Shown here: positions 46,382-57,650 of the stretch, in pieces
Numbering within the stretch: the stretch's first letter is position 1
Layout: each line of letters opens with the position of its first letter
Virus record (IMG/VR): IMGVR_UViG_3300028920_000066
From: an uncultured virus (IMG/VR IMGVR_UViG_3300028920_000066)
Lineage: Duplodnaviria > Heunggongvirae > Uroviricota > Caudoviricetes
Reading direction: 5' to 3' (one strand)
Length of the DNA stretch: 64,000 bases
Translations under genes and position numbers: made by a program
The notes under the pieces: model-generated
Database searches by the model: none
What the model saw: only the letters and a program-made list of their open reading frames with translations
What the model was told of the DNA's origin: nothing

Positions 46382-48111
46382 TATGTAGACTCCAAAAAGT
46401 AGTAGTTTATTTTAATAAACGCAGGTTTATTCTGCTCACATAAAGGAATCAATTCTTCCTTTATAAAATAAGAATATATAACTATATATTGGTCACCAGC
46501 TAAAGGCACACCTACTTGTTGTCCTCCTGTAAAACCAAGTATCGTTTCGCCTGTTCCACCCACTATTTTTATTGCGTAGCCGTCAAATCTAACGTATTGG
46601 CTTGGTCCTGAAACCTCTATACTCGCTGGAGAACCTGTGAAAAAATTATTTATTTGTGATACAACGTCTGCTATAGATATTGGGTCTGTGCCACTAAATT
46701 TTATTTCTACTTGTTCATTATCAACGTCAATAATTAAAGTCTTACCTGTAATATTAAATCCAGAAGCACCGTCTACCGTTCCTATCATATTTATAGGAGG
46801 GCTTAACCATTCTATAGCCCACACGTTACTACCAGCAGTAGGATACTCTACAAGATTAAAATCTGTTCCCTCAACATAGCCAGATATTAAAATAGGGTGG
46901 GTTATTGTGTTAATAAGGTCTTTGTGAACCATAAAATCACGCACGTCTGAACTGCGTGTTTTTACAACTTGTATTTCTTTACTTCCCTCTTTAACACGTA
47001 AATCTATTTTATTTCCATAAAAATTTTCGTCATATAAAGTAATAATATCAAAATCGTCATCAATAAAGTCATCATCTGAAGTTGTTAAAAACCCCAATAA
47101 AGGTAAAGCCGTCCCGCCCTTTATAATGATAACTCCTCCAGCAGGAGCTCCTAAAGTGCCGTCAGCTATTAACATCACGTGACCTGGCTGAGGTGCATAT
47201 GGGTGAGTAGACGCATTAGCCGCCACAACCGACCCATAAGCTATATTTATTTGATTTACTATATCTCCAATAGTAGCTGTGGTAGTAAAAGTCATATCAA
47301 TAATAGTAGTTTCTATTTGAAAACTAAAAGTTAAACCATTTAAATCCACACCTGTTGCTACATCTTCTGTTCCTGTAATAACCCTTGTATCCCAAAGATA
47401 AAAATCTTTAAAGTTCCAGTATAGAGGAAGTTGTGCTGTAGAAACAAATGGAGGATACCAAGTTTCTGGAATAACCCATCCGTTTTCATCACGATAACTA
47501 AAAATATCAGGATATACTCCCGTAAAACTTTTAACAAGTTCTTTTAAACTCCAATATGTCATAGAGTTGACAAACAAATGATTTATTTGTTCGTTTGTTG
47601 ATGAGCCTATTAGTATTCGTCTATAATCAGCTAAGTCCCAGCCGTAAGGTTTTCCAAATCCATAAAACCATCCAATTTTATTAAAAAGCATATCGTCTTG
47701 TAAATATTTATCCCATACATTTCCAAACATTTTAAATAATTCAACATAATCATAGTTATATTCTAAAGATAAAACATTAAGAAATAAAAAACTATTTGTA
47801 GAATAATATACTTCTTCTCTATATGGTTCTCCGTCAATCTCTGTTCTAACTGTAAACTTTCCATATGGGGGTTTAATCTTTAAATATAAAGCGTGTGTAG
47901 GAAGAATTTTTTTAGTTTCATAAAATTTATCATTTATATAAATATCTACGTCTGTTCCCACAGAGTAGCTACTTGGAAATTGTTCTACATAAGTAACAAT
48001 TTCTACAGCAGGTATTATATTTCTTTCTTTAAAATAAACTAACCCATTAGGCAATTGTGCAACAAGGTCATCAAAAATACTATTGTTGCCATCAAAAGCA
48101 AAAAATCCCAT
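46381..48111 (-). CDS. putative baseplate wedge protein
   Basis: follows baseplate J; ends KPAFIKINY; two copies of a module also present in the sheath. Confidence 0.6.
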   Translation of the reverse strand: MGFFAFDGNNSIFDDLVAQLPNGLVYFKERNIIPAVEIVTYVEQFPSSYSVGTDVDIYINDKFYETKKILPTHALYLKIKPPYGKFTVRTEIDGEPYREEVYYSTNSFLFLNVLSLEYNYDYVELFKMFGNVWDKYLQDDMLFNKIGWFYGFGKPYGWDLADYRRILIGSSTNEQINHLFVNSMTYWSLKELVKSFTGVYPDIFSYRDENGWVIPETWYPPFVSTAQLPLYWNFKDFYLWDTRVITGTEDVATGVDLNGLTFSFQIETTIIDMTFTTTATIGDIVNQINIAYGSVVAANASTHPYAPQPGHVMLIADGTLGAPAGGVIIIKGGTALPLLGFLTTSDDDFIDDDFDIITLYDENFYGNKIDLRVKEGSKEIQVVKTRSSDVRDFMVHKDLINTITHPILISGYVEGTDFNLVEYPTAGSNVWAIEWLSPPINMIGTVDGASGFNITGKTLIIDVDNEQVEIKFSGTDPISIADVVSQINNFFTGSPASIEVSGPSQYVRFDGYAIKIVGGTGETILGFTGGQQVGVPLAGDQYIVIYSYFIKEELIPLCEQNKPAFIKINYYFLEST

Positions 48112-48121
48112 TATTTACTCC

Positions 48122-49591
48122 TTACACGTTTATAGTAATATCATTCGCTCTTATATATTCGTTTGCTTCTACTTCTAATTGATTCACTTGAGCTACTGTT
48201 TCTTCCACAAAATTAAATATATCAAACGGTATTTCTACACTATCTACACCTGCCGTATTTTCTATAACACCTACTATATCTGATTGTGATAAATCGTCCC
48301 CTAACCCTAAATTTGTTATAAAGTTTAATATATTTGTTGTTGTATTGCTTATAACTTCATTGATATCAAAATTTGGTAATGTGGTAATAGTAGCACTAAC
48401 ATTTATTAAACGTTCTATAGCCTTTTTTACTAAAGCCATATCTTCAACAGCATTAGCTTTTTTAATAGTATTGCCCAAAATAGCATACTCGTCTTGTTGA
48501 AGAAAATTTTGTATTTCCTCAATCAAAGGATAATAAGAATATGTTATTTCAAAAGGTAGTGACGGAGAAGTTCCAAAAATAACAGCCGTTCTATCAGCAT
48601 AACTATGAGCCAAAGCCCCAGTATCAGGTTCAACACTTGCTGTTGGTGGTGCACTTATAAGTGTAGATATAGGCTGTTTAGAAAAAATAAAACCGTCCTG
48701 TCCACCCTCATATAAATTAAATTCATTTACTGTTTCTGTATTTTGAACAGTTAGTGTTTCTTCTAAAACCCAGATATCAACAGCACCTCCGTAAGAGCTT
48801 ACGTCCCTTTCCATTAACTCATCACCAGCAACAACTACTAAAACGTCTTTAACATCCCTAAAATTATCAAGAATAAGGCTTTTGTATCCATTTTTTGTCC
48901 CAAAATTATTTCCAGATAGTTTATTTTTAATCCTTTCAATGAAAGCGTCATCTGTTTCTTCGTCATATCCATTAGTAAAGTTATCTTTATTAAAAACATA
49001 ATTAAGACCACTTATGCTGTTAATAAATTGTGTAACAGTTCCACTTACTGTATTGCCGTTTATTCCAGATTCAACCGCCTCAACGGGCACAGCAACTACA
49101 TATAGGTTGCTTTCAGCGTCATACAAGTCAGTCCCTGGGGTTTCCATAATAATTTCTTGAGTTACTTTATAAACTTTATTATCTAAAGTTTGAATTTGAG
49201 TGCCTACGGGTATAGTAATATCTTGACTGGGAGGGTCTATTCTTCCCATATAAACAATTCCTGTAGTAGCTACTGCTGGAAATCGTGAAAGCTTATAATT
49301 ATCGCCTATTTTATTTATAAAATTAGCCAAATCTATTTTAACATCATCAACTGTTTTTAATTCTATACTTGCAATTTCTTCTAATGCCGCTTCACTATTT
49401 AATAAAATTTGAATAGTAAACAAGCTTTGAAGAGCCTTAACATAATCCTGTAATACTCTATTCTTATTTAGAACATAAGCTGTAGGGGTAATAAATGAGT
49501 CTGATATTACTGACCCAGGATTTACTACTATATCTGTTCTAATTGATAGAAGTTTATTTTTTATGTCATTGTAAACGCTTTCTATTGACAT
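48122..49591 (-). CDS. baseplate J-like wedge protein
   Basis: ITIPVGT, VEAVESGINGN, FTNGYDEETDDAFIERI, GGAVDIWV. Confidence 0.88.
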   Translation of the reverse strand: MSIESVYNDIKNKLLSIRTDIVVNPGSVISDSFITPTAYVLNKNRVLQDYVKALQSLFTIQILLNSEAALEEIASIELKTVDDVKIDLANFINKIGDNYKLSRFPAVATTGIVYMGRIDPPSQDITIPVGTQIQTLDNKVYKVTQEIIMETPGTDLYDAESNLYVVAVPVEAVESGINGNTVSGTVTQFINSISGLNYVFNKDNFTNGYDEETDDAFIERIKNKLSGNNFGTKNGYKSLILDNFRDVKDVLVVVAGDELMERDVSSYGGAVDIWVLEETLTVQNTETVNEFNLYEGGQDGFIFSKQPISTLISAPPTASVEPDTGALAHSYADRTAVIFGTSPSLPFEITYSYYPLIEEIQNFLQQDEYAILGNTIKKANAVEDMALVKKAIERLINVSATITTLPNFDINEVISNTTTNILNFITNLGLGDDLSQSDIVGVIENTAGVDSVEIPFDIFNFVEETVAQVNQLEVEANEYIRANDITINV

Positions 49592-49602
49592 AACTTGCCT
49601 CC

Positions 49603-50019
49603 TTATAAATTAGACGTTTCGTCTATTTTTAAATATTCTCCGTCAGTTAAAACCAGAGAAATTCTTATATTTAATTGTCTTTCATTTACAATTTCCATAT
49701 CTAACTTTTCAAGATTTTGTATGTTTATATCTTCATTTTTATTAAGCTCTTGAATCCATTGAATGGCATATATTATTTCATTTTTTAAATCATTATAAAT
49801 TAAATTGCTTGTTCTATTATTCATTAAGAAAGGTATGTTTGTTCCATAAGTAGGAAATAATGGGGCTGTGCCTTGTTGGGTTAAAATAAACTTACAAATT
49901 TCTTGTCTTATTTTATCTTTGCCATTTATAAGTTGAATATCTCCGTTTATAGCAATATCATTAAAATTAGCATAAAACAACCCGTCTGAACTCTGTAATA
50001 ATTTTATTTCGTTTGGCAT
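49603..50019 (-). CDS. gp25/GpW-like baseplate protein
   Basis: KIRQEICKFILTQQGTAPLFPTYGT. Confidence 0.8.
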   Translation of the reverse strand: MPNEIKLLQSSDGLFYANFNDIAINGDIQLINGKDKIRQEICKFILTQQGTAPLFPTYGTNIPFLMNNRTSNLIYNDLKNEIIYAIQWIQELNKNEDINIQNLEKLDMEIVNERQLNIRISLVLTDGEYLKIDETSNL

Positions 50020-50400
50020 TTAAATCTCCCATAAATTTCTATTTTTCAATTCCCTTTCCATTTTTTCTTTTTCTTTTTTATCTTTTTCTTCTTTGTATTT
50101 ACGTCTTAATTCTGTATAATTTTTAAATCTTCTAATAAAACAATTGATTACTTCTACCATATAGCCAGATTTTTCAACGTCTTGCCTTGCATATTCTAAA
50201 TATTTTTCGGCTACGTCTAATTGTTTAACCCCTTGTTCATACTTTAAGTATTTCAAATAAGCCTCTATATTTTTGTCGGCAATACAATCTGCTAATTTTA
50301 CCTTTGCTTCTTCTTCACTTTCATAATAAAGATACATCTTAATCAATTCATCTCGGTTCATTGTCTTTTCTAAACCCATAATTTTCTCCTCTCTATTCAA
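50020..50400 (-). CDS. hypothetical protein
   Basis: 126 aa ORF. Confidence 0.6.
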   Translation of the reverse strand: MNREEKIMGLEKTMNRDELIKMYLYYESEEEAKVKLADCIADKNIEAYLKYLKYEQGVKQLDVAEKYLEYARQDVEKSGYMVEVINCFIRRFKNYTELRRKYKEEKDKKEKEKMERELKNRNLWEI

Positions 50401-50890
50401 GGGAATCTATATAATTCTGAACTTGTTCGATTTCTAAATCAATAGTTCGAAGTTCTGCTTTAAAAAATAACTTTTTATAACTAATAATCCCTAATCTATA
50501 TTTAAATTCAAGCATATCTGAGTTTGCATCAGAAAATTGAACATTGGCTATATTCATTATTCCGTTGTTAATGCCCTTTTCCTGAAGACTCTTTATTGTA
50601 TCATCTTCATTAAAATTGTCAACTTCCTCTTTTAAAATAGCTTCGCTTTCTTCAAGATACGAAACCCTTTTATTAAGTTCATCACGATTAGTTCTCATTA
50701 ACGTTAATATTTTATTTAATAAAGTTTTAACATCATTTTTCCAAGCTGTTTGGTCAGCCTCAGAGCTTTCCTGAACGTTTTTTGGCAAAGTCTTCTTATA
50801 AAAACTTATAGTTTCTTTATTTTTTCCTGATAAAACTTTCTCATCATCTATATAGCTTCCTGAATTTATTCCACTTAAAATATCGCCCAT
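50393..50890 (-). CDS. hypothetical coiled-coil protein
   Basis: start at MGDIL overlapping the upstream stop. Confidence 0.6.
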   Translation of the reverse strand: MGDILSGINSGSYIDDEKVLSGKNKETISFYKKTLPKNVQESSEADQTAWKNDVKTLLNKILTLMRTNRDELNKRVSYLEESEAILKEEVDNFNEDDTIKSLQEKGINNGIMNIANVQFSDANSDMLEFKYRLGIISYKKLFFKAELRTIDLEIEQVQNYIDSLE

Positions 50891-51624
50891 TATTTTTTCG
50901 CCTTTACATTTTCGCTTCCTAATATTGGTGCACCCGTTACAAAACAAAATGGATGCGTAGGAACATTATCTGGTGACGGGACACCCCCAGTTACAACCTT
51001 ACCTAAAAGTTCTGCCCCTAAGTTTATTTTATCACCTTTAATTTGAACTTGATTATTGTTATCTATTGTTATTTCCACATCTTTTCTGGCAATAGTCATA
51101 CCCTCATCGTTTATAGTCATTAAAAATTCATATTCTGGTTCTGTTTCTCCGTCTTCTGTGTCTTCTTCATTAACAACTTTTCTACCTATCGTAATATCTT
51201 TATCTAATTTTAAATATACTCCATCATAAGTATTAACTTCAAATTCTTTTAATTGAGCTATAAATCCATTTAATGTAAGTTCAAAATGATTAAGAAGAGT
51301 AGAATCAACAAATACTATTTTGCCATTTCTATCTAAGTGTATATACTGCCCAAACAATCCCATTAACTGAACCTCTCCAGACCTTAAGGGGTATTCGTTT
51401 TGTCTTATTAAAGGATTATTTTGAATTTCCCAAATCTTTATTGCTTTAAATATTTTATCGTCTATATTATAATATAATACACTATTTCCCACAACTGGCA
51501 TTATCTGTAATTGTAAAATATTATCTAATGGAACAGTTACAACAGTTGCATCATAATTGTCTTTTACAAGTATTGTGTTATCTGTTTCGTTTACTCCTAT
51601 TATTGTTCCCATTTTAAACATCAT
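50890..51624 (-). CDS. baseplate central spike (gpV-like)
   Basis: OB-like N-terminus with MPVVG, LRSGEV, beta-repeat C-terminus with HPFC tip. Confidence 0.65.
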   Translation of the reverse strand: MMFKMGTIIGVNETDNTILVKDNYDATVVTVPLDNILQLQIMPVVGNSVLYYNIDDKIFKAIKIWEIQNNPLIRQNEYPLRSGEVQLMGLFGQYIHLDRNGKIVFVDSTLLNHFELTLNGFIAQLKEFEVNTYDGVYLKLDKDITIGRKVVNEEDTEDGETEPEYEFLMTINDEGMTIARKDVEITIDNNNQVQIKGDKINLGAELLGKVVTGGVPSPDNVPTHPFCFVTGAPILGSENVKAKK

Positions 51625-51635
51625 ATCGATTCTCC

Positions 51636-54600
51636 TTATAATCCTTGCCTGAAAACTTCTTTCTCAGGGTTTAAGAAATCTTTATCGTTCACCTCAACGT
51701 GATATACATCAACAGTATATTGACGCATATCTTGTTCTTTTGTGTTTAATCCTTTAAGCTGATTTAAATCAAAATTTAATGTAGCCTGAGTGATAACTAC
51801 TTTATCAAAATATTTAAGCAACAAAGTATTAAATTTAGCTAAAGCCGAACTTTTTAAATTATAATATCCCAATAGCCCATAATATACCCAGGGTAATTTA
51901 TTGCTACCAGTTTGTGCAGGTAATATAAAATCTATAGCTCTACCTTGTTTATGAACTTCTTGCTTTTCTGCATTTTCATTTATGCCTAATTTTTTTAATT
52001 TTTTTAAATCATCTTGAGTAGGAACAGCCATAAGTGTGTTATATTCTAATATTGTGTGCATATTAAAGAAAAATCCTGGACTAAAATACTTTAGTGAGTT
52101 GTTACTTGGTATTTCTTGAGTAAATATATTGTTCCAAAAATGATTTCCATAATAAACTTTTTCAATTTTAACTTTATCGTCTGCAACGTTCATCTCTATT
52201 TCAACGCCTTTAGGCATATATCTTATTTCTTTTCCTGCTGGAAACTCAAATATATCATCTATATAAGGTGATTTGTGAGTCCAATTATTACTATCTGTAA
52301 ATTTATAAACATCTGCCTTATCCCCCACGCTGGTTGAATCCCAGTCAGGCCCTATCTCTCCATTAAAACCTTTTGTTTTAAAAAACATATTTGGTGCATA
52401 CGGTGTTTTAAATACTTCAAACATTTCCATATCAAGCTCTATAATTCTATTAGCTAATTTTTGAGATATTTTTGTTAAGCCGTCACTTGTTTTTGTTACA
52501 AGAGGAAGTCTTGAGGGGAATTGATAAACAAGAGTATTGTCTTTTGCTATAGGCTCTTTATTTTTAGAACTATTATTATATGCTACTTTAAAGTTTACAA
52601 ATTCAGCATATGGATTGGTATAAGTTAATTTCTGATAATTATCGATAGTTTGAGTTCTTTCTACTTTATTTTTTAAAACTACATTTTTATCCAAAACTTT
52701 AATAAAAGTATTATAAATTTTATCATTAGCACTTTTACCACCGTCATTTGCCCCTGATTTATCTTGACTATTAAATTCAACATATTCTATTTTATCATAA
52801 TATTGTTCCGTAGCCAGTATATAAGGATAATCGCCTAAAAAGTTACCCACACTTAACCCTTGACCAACAAGCGTTATTCCTGTTTGGTCAGCAGATGAAC
52901 GGAAAAATCTTTCCATTTTAAGTTTATAACTTTTATACCATAAATATTTATCATCAAAAAATACTAAATCTTTACTTTTGGTTTCATCTCTAACTTGATT
53001 TTTAAGTTTATTTATTTGTGCTTTTGTTTCTGGGTCTGAATAAGTAAGTTCTATAAGGTCAATTACAGACGGCATAGTTTTAAAAATAGGAACGTTTTTA
53101 AACCAACCACCGTCTATAAGTATTTGTTTAAAAGCATTTCTTCTTTCTGCTTTTTTATTTTCATATTCTGTAGGTGAAACATTTCTTAAACTTTTATCTT
53201 GAAAGTCTTCAATATAACCATAAGGGTGATATATATTATATAAATCGTCTAATACTCTATTTAAAGTATCAGAATCACCTAATTCAGATAAATTAAGTAA
53301 TTTTATATCTCTTATAAAAGCAAAGTCTAAATCATATATAATATAAGTTCCATAAGAATATGCTTTCGATATTGTGGTTAAATATCCCATAATACCCTTA
53401 TTAGAAACTATTCTTTTTCCACTTATTAAATCTTCAATTTCATCTCCCATAGTGCCTAAACTTTTTAAATCAGGTAAATCTATATAATATAATCTACCTA
53501 ATTCAAATTTAAGTTTTTCTATTGGCAGGTCAGATTTAATAGAAATTCTTAATACCCTTGAGCCATTATTTATTTTATGATTATATAACATAGCTAATAT
53601 TCTTGCAGTTTTAGGAGCTATAGCATTAGGATTATTTCTTGCCCCCTCGTATCTAAATCCAAATTTTACCAATGCTGGAATATCTTCATAAAACTGAGGA
53701 GGTATACTTTCAATTACTCCGACATAGGGCCACGTAAAAAATGCGTCACTTCTGGTTTCTATACTGGTATTATCTGCTACATAACTATAATCTTGTATCT
53801 TATCTCTGGATATTACATATTCTGATTCTTGTTTAAATTGAGATACATCTGGGTCAGGATTAAAATCTTCTAACGGAAAATAATTATATAATGGAGGTCT
53901 AACTACCAGCGTTCCATTATAATCAACAAACATATCATACATAGCGTTTTGAATAATGTTTTCAAAAACCTCACGTGTGGTTTTAAGTGTAGGCAAAATA
54001 ACAGGCATAGAAGCTTTTACTTTTTCGTTATATGTTTTATGTTTACCGTTTGTTATTCTACACAGTCTTAAATCTTCATTATAAAAAGGTTTATAAACAT
54101 TTTCGTTATACAAATACAACAAATACATCATAGGAAACATAATATTAAAAGATTCAAATGTTTCATATTGAGCTGGGTCTAATATATACTCTATAGTTTT
54201 TGACTGGTCATTATCTATTTTACATTTATATAATCCACTCATTATCGTTTCTATTATCTCAAAAGTATTTTGATTGTTAAAAATATCTTGAAAAGGTGTT
54301 GCGTCTTTAAATATTAAGTCTTTACCTTTAATGCCATAATCTGCAAGACTTCTATCTGAAGATATTTTAGCCAAAGCATAAATTTTACCTACATTTACAA
54401 GTGTTATTTTTTGAACTGAAAATTCATTATATTTAATACCATCTTCTATATTAGATACGAAACCTAAAAATATTACTTGGTTTTCTTCCATTATTTCTAT
54501 TAAATCATTTTCTTGAATCTCAAATTCGCCTTGTTTTATTTCTAAAGAAGCTACGTCTGTTATATTATTAAGCTGTAATTTAAGAGTATAATTTGTATAA

Positions 54601-54869
54601 TAATCTGATAAATCAAATGTCAACAATTCAAAAGCTGTATCATTTATATTTTTTAATATAGAGTCAAGTTTAGTTTCATAAAATTTTATATATTCTCCGT
54701 CATTTTTATCTATAAGATTACGCCAAAAAAAATCTGACCTTGAATCAAGTTCTTGTCTAAAATCATAATCTAATACATATGTTAAATTTAAATCTTGATT
54801 AGTATTTGCTGTAGACGAACCTACGATTCCTAATCTATATAATGTTATTTTAAAAGACGTGTCTGCCAT
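51636..54869 (-). CDS. putative baseplate hub protein
   Basis: 1077 aa between tape measure and spike; MFVDYNGTLVVRPPLYN, KFGFR. Confidence 0.6.
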   Translation of the reverse strand: MADTSFKITLYRLGIVGSSTANTNQDLNLTYVLDYDFRQELDSRSDFFWRNLIDKNDGEYIKFYETKLDSILKNINDTAFELLTFDLSDYYTNYTLKLQLNNITDVASLEIKQGEFEIQENDLIEIMEENQVIFLGFVSNIEDGIKYNEFSVQKITLVNVGKIYALAKISSDRSLADYGIKGKDLIFKDATPFQDIFNNQNTFEIIETIMSGLYKCKIDNDQSKTIEYILDPAQYETFESFNIMFPMMYLLYLYNENVYKPFYNEDLRLCRITNGKHKTYNEKVKASMPVILPTLKTTREVFENIIQNAMYDMFVDYNGTLVVRPPLYNYFPLEDFNPDPDVSQFKQESEYVISRDKIQDYSYVADNTSIETRSDAFFTWPYVGVIESIPPQFYEDIPALVKFGFRYEGARNNPNAIAPKTARILAMLYNHKINNGSRVLRISIKSDLPIEKLKFELGRLYYIDLPDLKSLGTMGDEIEDLISGKRIVSNKGIMGYLTTISKAYSYGTYIIYDLDFAFIRDIKLLNLSELGDSDTLNRVLDDLYNIYHPYGYIEDFQDKSLRNVSPTEYENKKAERRNAFKQILIDGGWFKNVPIFKTMPSVIDLIELTYSDPETKAQINKLKNQVRDETKSKDLVFFDDKYLWYKSYKLKMERFFRSSADQTGITLVGQGLSVGNFLGDYPYILATEQYYDKIEYVEFNSQDKSGANDGGKSANDKIYNTFIKVLDKNVVLKNKVERTQTIDNYQKLTYTNPYAEFVNFKVAYNNSSKNKEPIAKDNTLVYQFPSRLPLVTKTSDGLTKISQKLANRIIELDMEMFEVFKTPYAPNMFFKTKGFNGEIGPDWDSTSVGDKADVYKFTDSNNWTHKSPYIDDIFEFPAGKEIRYMPKGVEIEMNVADDKVKIEKVYYGNHFWNNIFTQEIPSNNSLKYFSPGFFFNMHTILEYNTLMAVPTQDDLKKLKKLGINENAEKQEVHKQGRAIDFILPAQTGSNKLPWVYYGLLGYYNLKSSALAKFNTLLLKYFDKVVITQATLNFDLNQLKGLNTKEQDMRQYTVDVYHVEVNDKDFLNPEKEVFRQGL

Positions 54870-54887
54870 TCTTTCTCTCTTTCCTTA

Positions 54888-55622
54888 TTAAGGTTTTTTA
54901 TCAACTATTTTGCCTGTTTCTGTTGCTGTTGTTGAGCCCTTTACACTATCAGATTGTGTTTTATATTTTTTTGCGTCTGCTCTTTTTTCATCATTAATAG
55001 GCTTACCAATAAATTTTAAATCAAAAGCATATGTATCAGGAAGCTTTGCGTTCTCACTAAAATTAAAAGACGTAATAACACCTTGAAAATTGTCCAGACC
55101 CTGAAGACCGTTCTCTACTACCATACGAAATCTTGGCTTTTTAAAATAATTATAATTAACTTCTGACAAATATTCTTGTATTTTTTTATATATATCAAGA
55201 ACTATATTATCAGAACCTAAAAAAGCGTTAGCAGATATTACGGATACTCCTTTTAAAGATATTGATACAGGTTTTATATACCAGTTAATTAAATCTGCAT
55301 TAGTTAATCCAGTAAACATAGCATTACCTACTTCAAAATTATAACTTATTTCCTCAACATAAAACCTTATTTGGTCTGATAGATTTTCTTCATTAGACAC
55401 AACAGTATCTGTTACATAAGTAGGTTGTCTTAATCCTTGCCTATATTGGTCATATTTTAAATTATATTCCTTTAAATCATCTTGATATTCTGGAGAATCC
55501 GTTCCCCCCTCATAATCAGAAGCATTAGGCTTTTGAGGTTTAGTTGTTTTCTCTGGAACGTTCTTTGAAAAAACAGAATTAAGAACATATCTAAGTGTTA
55601 TATATTTATTTCTTTGTATCAT
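54888..55622 (-). CDS. putative tail tube initiator / baseplate protein
   Basis: FQGVITSFNFSENAKLP..AFDLKF; position after the tape measure. Confidence 0.5.
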   Translation of the reverse strand: MIQRNKYITLRYVLNSVFSKNVPEKTTKPQKPNASDYEGGTDSPEYQDDLKEYNLKYDQYRQGLRQPTYVTDTVVSNEENLSDQIRFYVEEISYNFEVGNAMFTGLTNADLINWYIKPVSISLKGVSVISANAFLGSDNIVLDIYKKIQEYLSEVNYNYFKKPRFRMVVENGLQGLDNFQGVITSFNFSENAKLPDTYAFDLKFIGKPINDEKRADAKKYKTQSDSVKGSTTATETGKIVDKKP

Positions 55623-55627
55623 TTATT

Positions 55628-57388
55628 TTATCCTCCAGGTGCTCCATATGTTGATTTTGACGCTGTTGCTGGAACTTTATTTGTAGCAGTTAAAGAGCTT
55701 CTTAGGTCTTTCAAACTTTTCTTTGCCTCATCACTTCCTTTCCAATTAACAAGAACAGCCGCCATCTCTACTATAACATTCAACATCTTCTTTAATGTTC
55801 CTGCTATAATTTCATCTATATTATTACCTACAGCCATTTCTACACCTATTTGACTCATAACATCTCCCTCTCCACCAAAAACTTCCATCATTTGCTTCAT
55901 CTGTTCTTCTCTTGATTTACCTAACAATTCTTCAGGTTTAAATTTACCAAAGGTTACAGCGTCTATAAGTTTCATTTGCATAGCTTCGCCCATACCTGCT
56001 GTTACACCCATTTGTTGCAACATCATTTGGGCATAAGCTTTATTACCTTTAGTAACGTCTTTAACTTTATTAATAATAGCTATATTTTTAGCCAAAGGAG
56101 AAGTTTCTATGGCTGACATATAATCAGAAGTAAATCCTTTACCACTCGGACCTTTTAACGCCATATAAGTAAATGTATTAGCAGATTTTGTAAGACCATT
56201 AACACCCTTAATAACTTCAGCTACTTCTCTATCTGTCATACCTACAGCGTCAGCAAATGCTCTTACATTCTTAATCAATGGCATAAAATGACGTGCCATT
56301 TCGTCTACATCTCTTCCTGTTCCAAGCATAGCTTCACCCATATTATCAAACATTTCCATTATCAATGGTGTTCCAACCCTTGCTATACTTGACATTTTAC
56401 TTATTCCAGCACCTAATGTTTTTATACCGTCAACAGAACTTAACTTCCATTTTACAGCTATACCTGTAAGTTTTTGTGTTGCTTCAGCAGAACCCGTTAA
56501 AGCCCAAGACATTTTAGCAAGTTGAAGAGTAAGTGTTTGTGAGTGATTAATAGCCATTATTGTTGTTGCTTGTGTTACTTGAGTAATGCCTTGTTGTTTT
56601 ATTGCCATATATCCCAAAGAGGTTATATGTTCTTGTTGTGCTTGTTTATAAAGAGCCATAGCTTGGTCTGTAGTTATCCAAGCATTTTTTAATTCTGTTA
56701 AACTATATAAAGATTTAGTAGCTTCCATACCCATAGCTTTAAATCCCTCTTTAGTCATATTCATTCCACCACCAGCAGACATCAAAGCAGGAGTAATATT
56801 AGCCATTCTCTGATACATAATACCAGCCGCCTGAGAAGCCAATTTAATAGCTAAAGCTACTGCACCAACAATACCACCTAATTTTATAAGTTGTGGCATT
56901 ATTTTTCCAGAAGCTTCTTTTCCAATAACTTTTGTCATACCCTCAGCCATTTCCAATGACATTTTTTTGTATCTGGCTTTCACCATACTTAACATACCTT
57001 TTTCTTCTGCTTCTACTATTTCCCTTTTGGCTTTTGACATATGAAGCTCAAACAATTGTCTGCGTATAAAAGATTTTCTTAATGCTGAATCTGTTCCTGT
57101 TTGAACTGCATATAATTTTTCAAATCCCTCAATCATATTATTTGTAGATTTATTAGCTACTTTTAATTCTGCTGACGCTAATTCTTCAAAGTTTTTATTA
57201 AGAGTATGAATAGAGGCTTCACCCTTATTAAGCTTTTCAAAATTTATTCCCACCTTTTCAAAAGCAAGAGCTATCTTCTGAGCATCTTTAACTTTTAATC
57301 CCTTGAACATACCACGAACTAAAGCCGCGGCTTGTTGGGCTTCTTTTAACTCTTTTTCTGACATTCCTTTTTGGTCTTCGTTAGCCAT
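55628..57388 (-). CDS. tape measure protein
   Basis: Ala/Met/Lys-rich helical 586 aa directly after the frameshifted chaperone pair. Confidence 0.75.
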   Translation of the reverse strand: MANEDQKGMSEKELKEAQQAAALVRGMFKGLKVKDAQKIALAFEKVGINFEKLNKGEASIHTLNKNFEELASAELKVANKSTNNMIEGFEKLYAVQTGTDSALRKSFIRRQLFELHMSKAKREIVEAEEKGMLSMVKARYKKMSLEMAEGMTKVIGKEASGKIMPQLIKLGGIVGAVALAIKLASQAAGIMYQRMANITPALMSAGGGMNMTKEGFKAMGMEATKSLYSLTELKNAWITTDQAMALYKQAQQEHITSLGYMAIKQQGITQVTQATTIMAINHSQTLTLQLAKMSWALTGSAEATQKLTGIAVKWKLSSVDGIKTLGAGISKMSSIARVGTPLIMEMFDNMGEAMLGTGRDVDEMARHFMPLIKNVRAFADAVGMTDREVAEVIKGVNGLTKSANTFTYMALKGPSGKGFTSDYMSAIETSPLAKNIAIINKVKDVTKGNKAYAQMMLQQMGVTAGMGEAMQMKLIDAVTFGKFKPEELLGKSREEQMKQMMEVFGGEGDVMSQIGVEMAVGNNIDEIIAGTLKKMLNVIVEMAAVLVNWKGSDEAKKSLKDLRSSLTATNKVPATASKSTYGAPGG

Positions 57389-57390
57389 AT

Positions 57391-57650
57391 TTACCTCTTA
57401 TTTTTCTTTCTACTTTGAGCCATAGCCATTAACTCTTCAAAACTTATATCTCCAGCGTCATATTCAACACTCTTATCTCCAATAGCGTCTTTCATAGCTT
57501 TTTCTTCTAACTCAATATCATATTCCATATTACCAACACACCAAGCTATTTGTGACGGAGTGAGTTTAAGCAGTTCTGGGTCATTAGGCAACTTGTGTAA
57601 GTTTTTACAAATCAGCCAAAAAGTTCTACTGTATCTATCTTTTATTGTGC
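57391..57650 (-). CDS. tail assembly chaperone, -1 frameshift extension (GT-like)
   Basis: the -1 frame after the A9 run reads STIKDRYSRTFWLICKNLHKLPNDPEL... into the tracked 66 aa ORF. Confidence 0.8.
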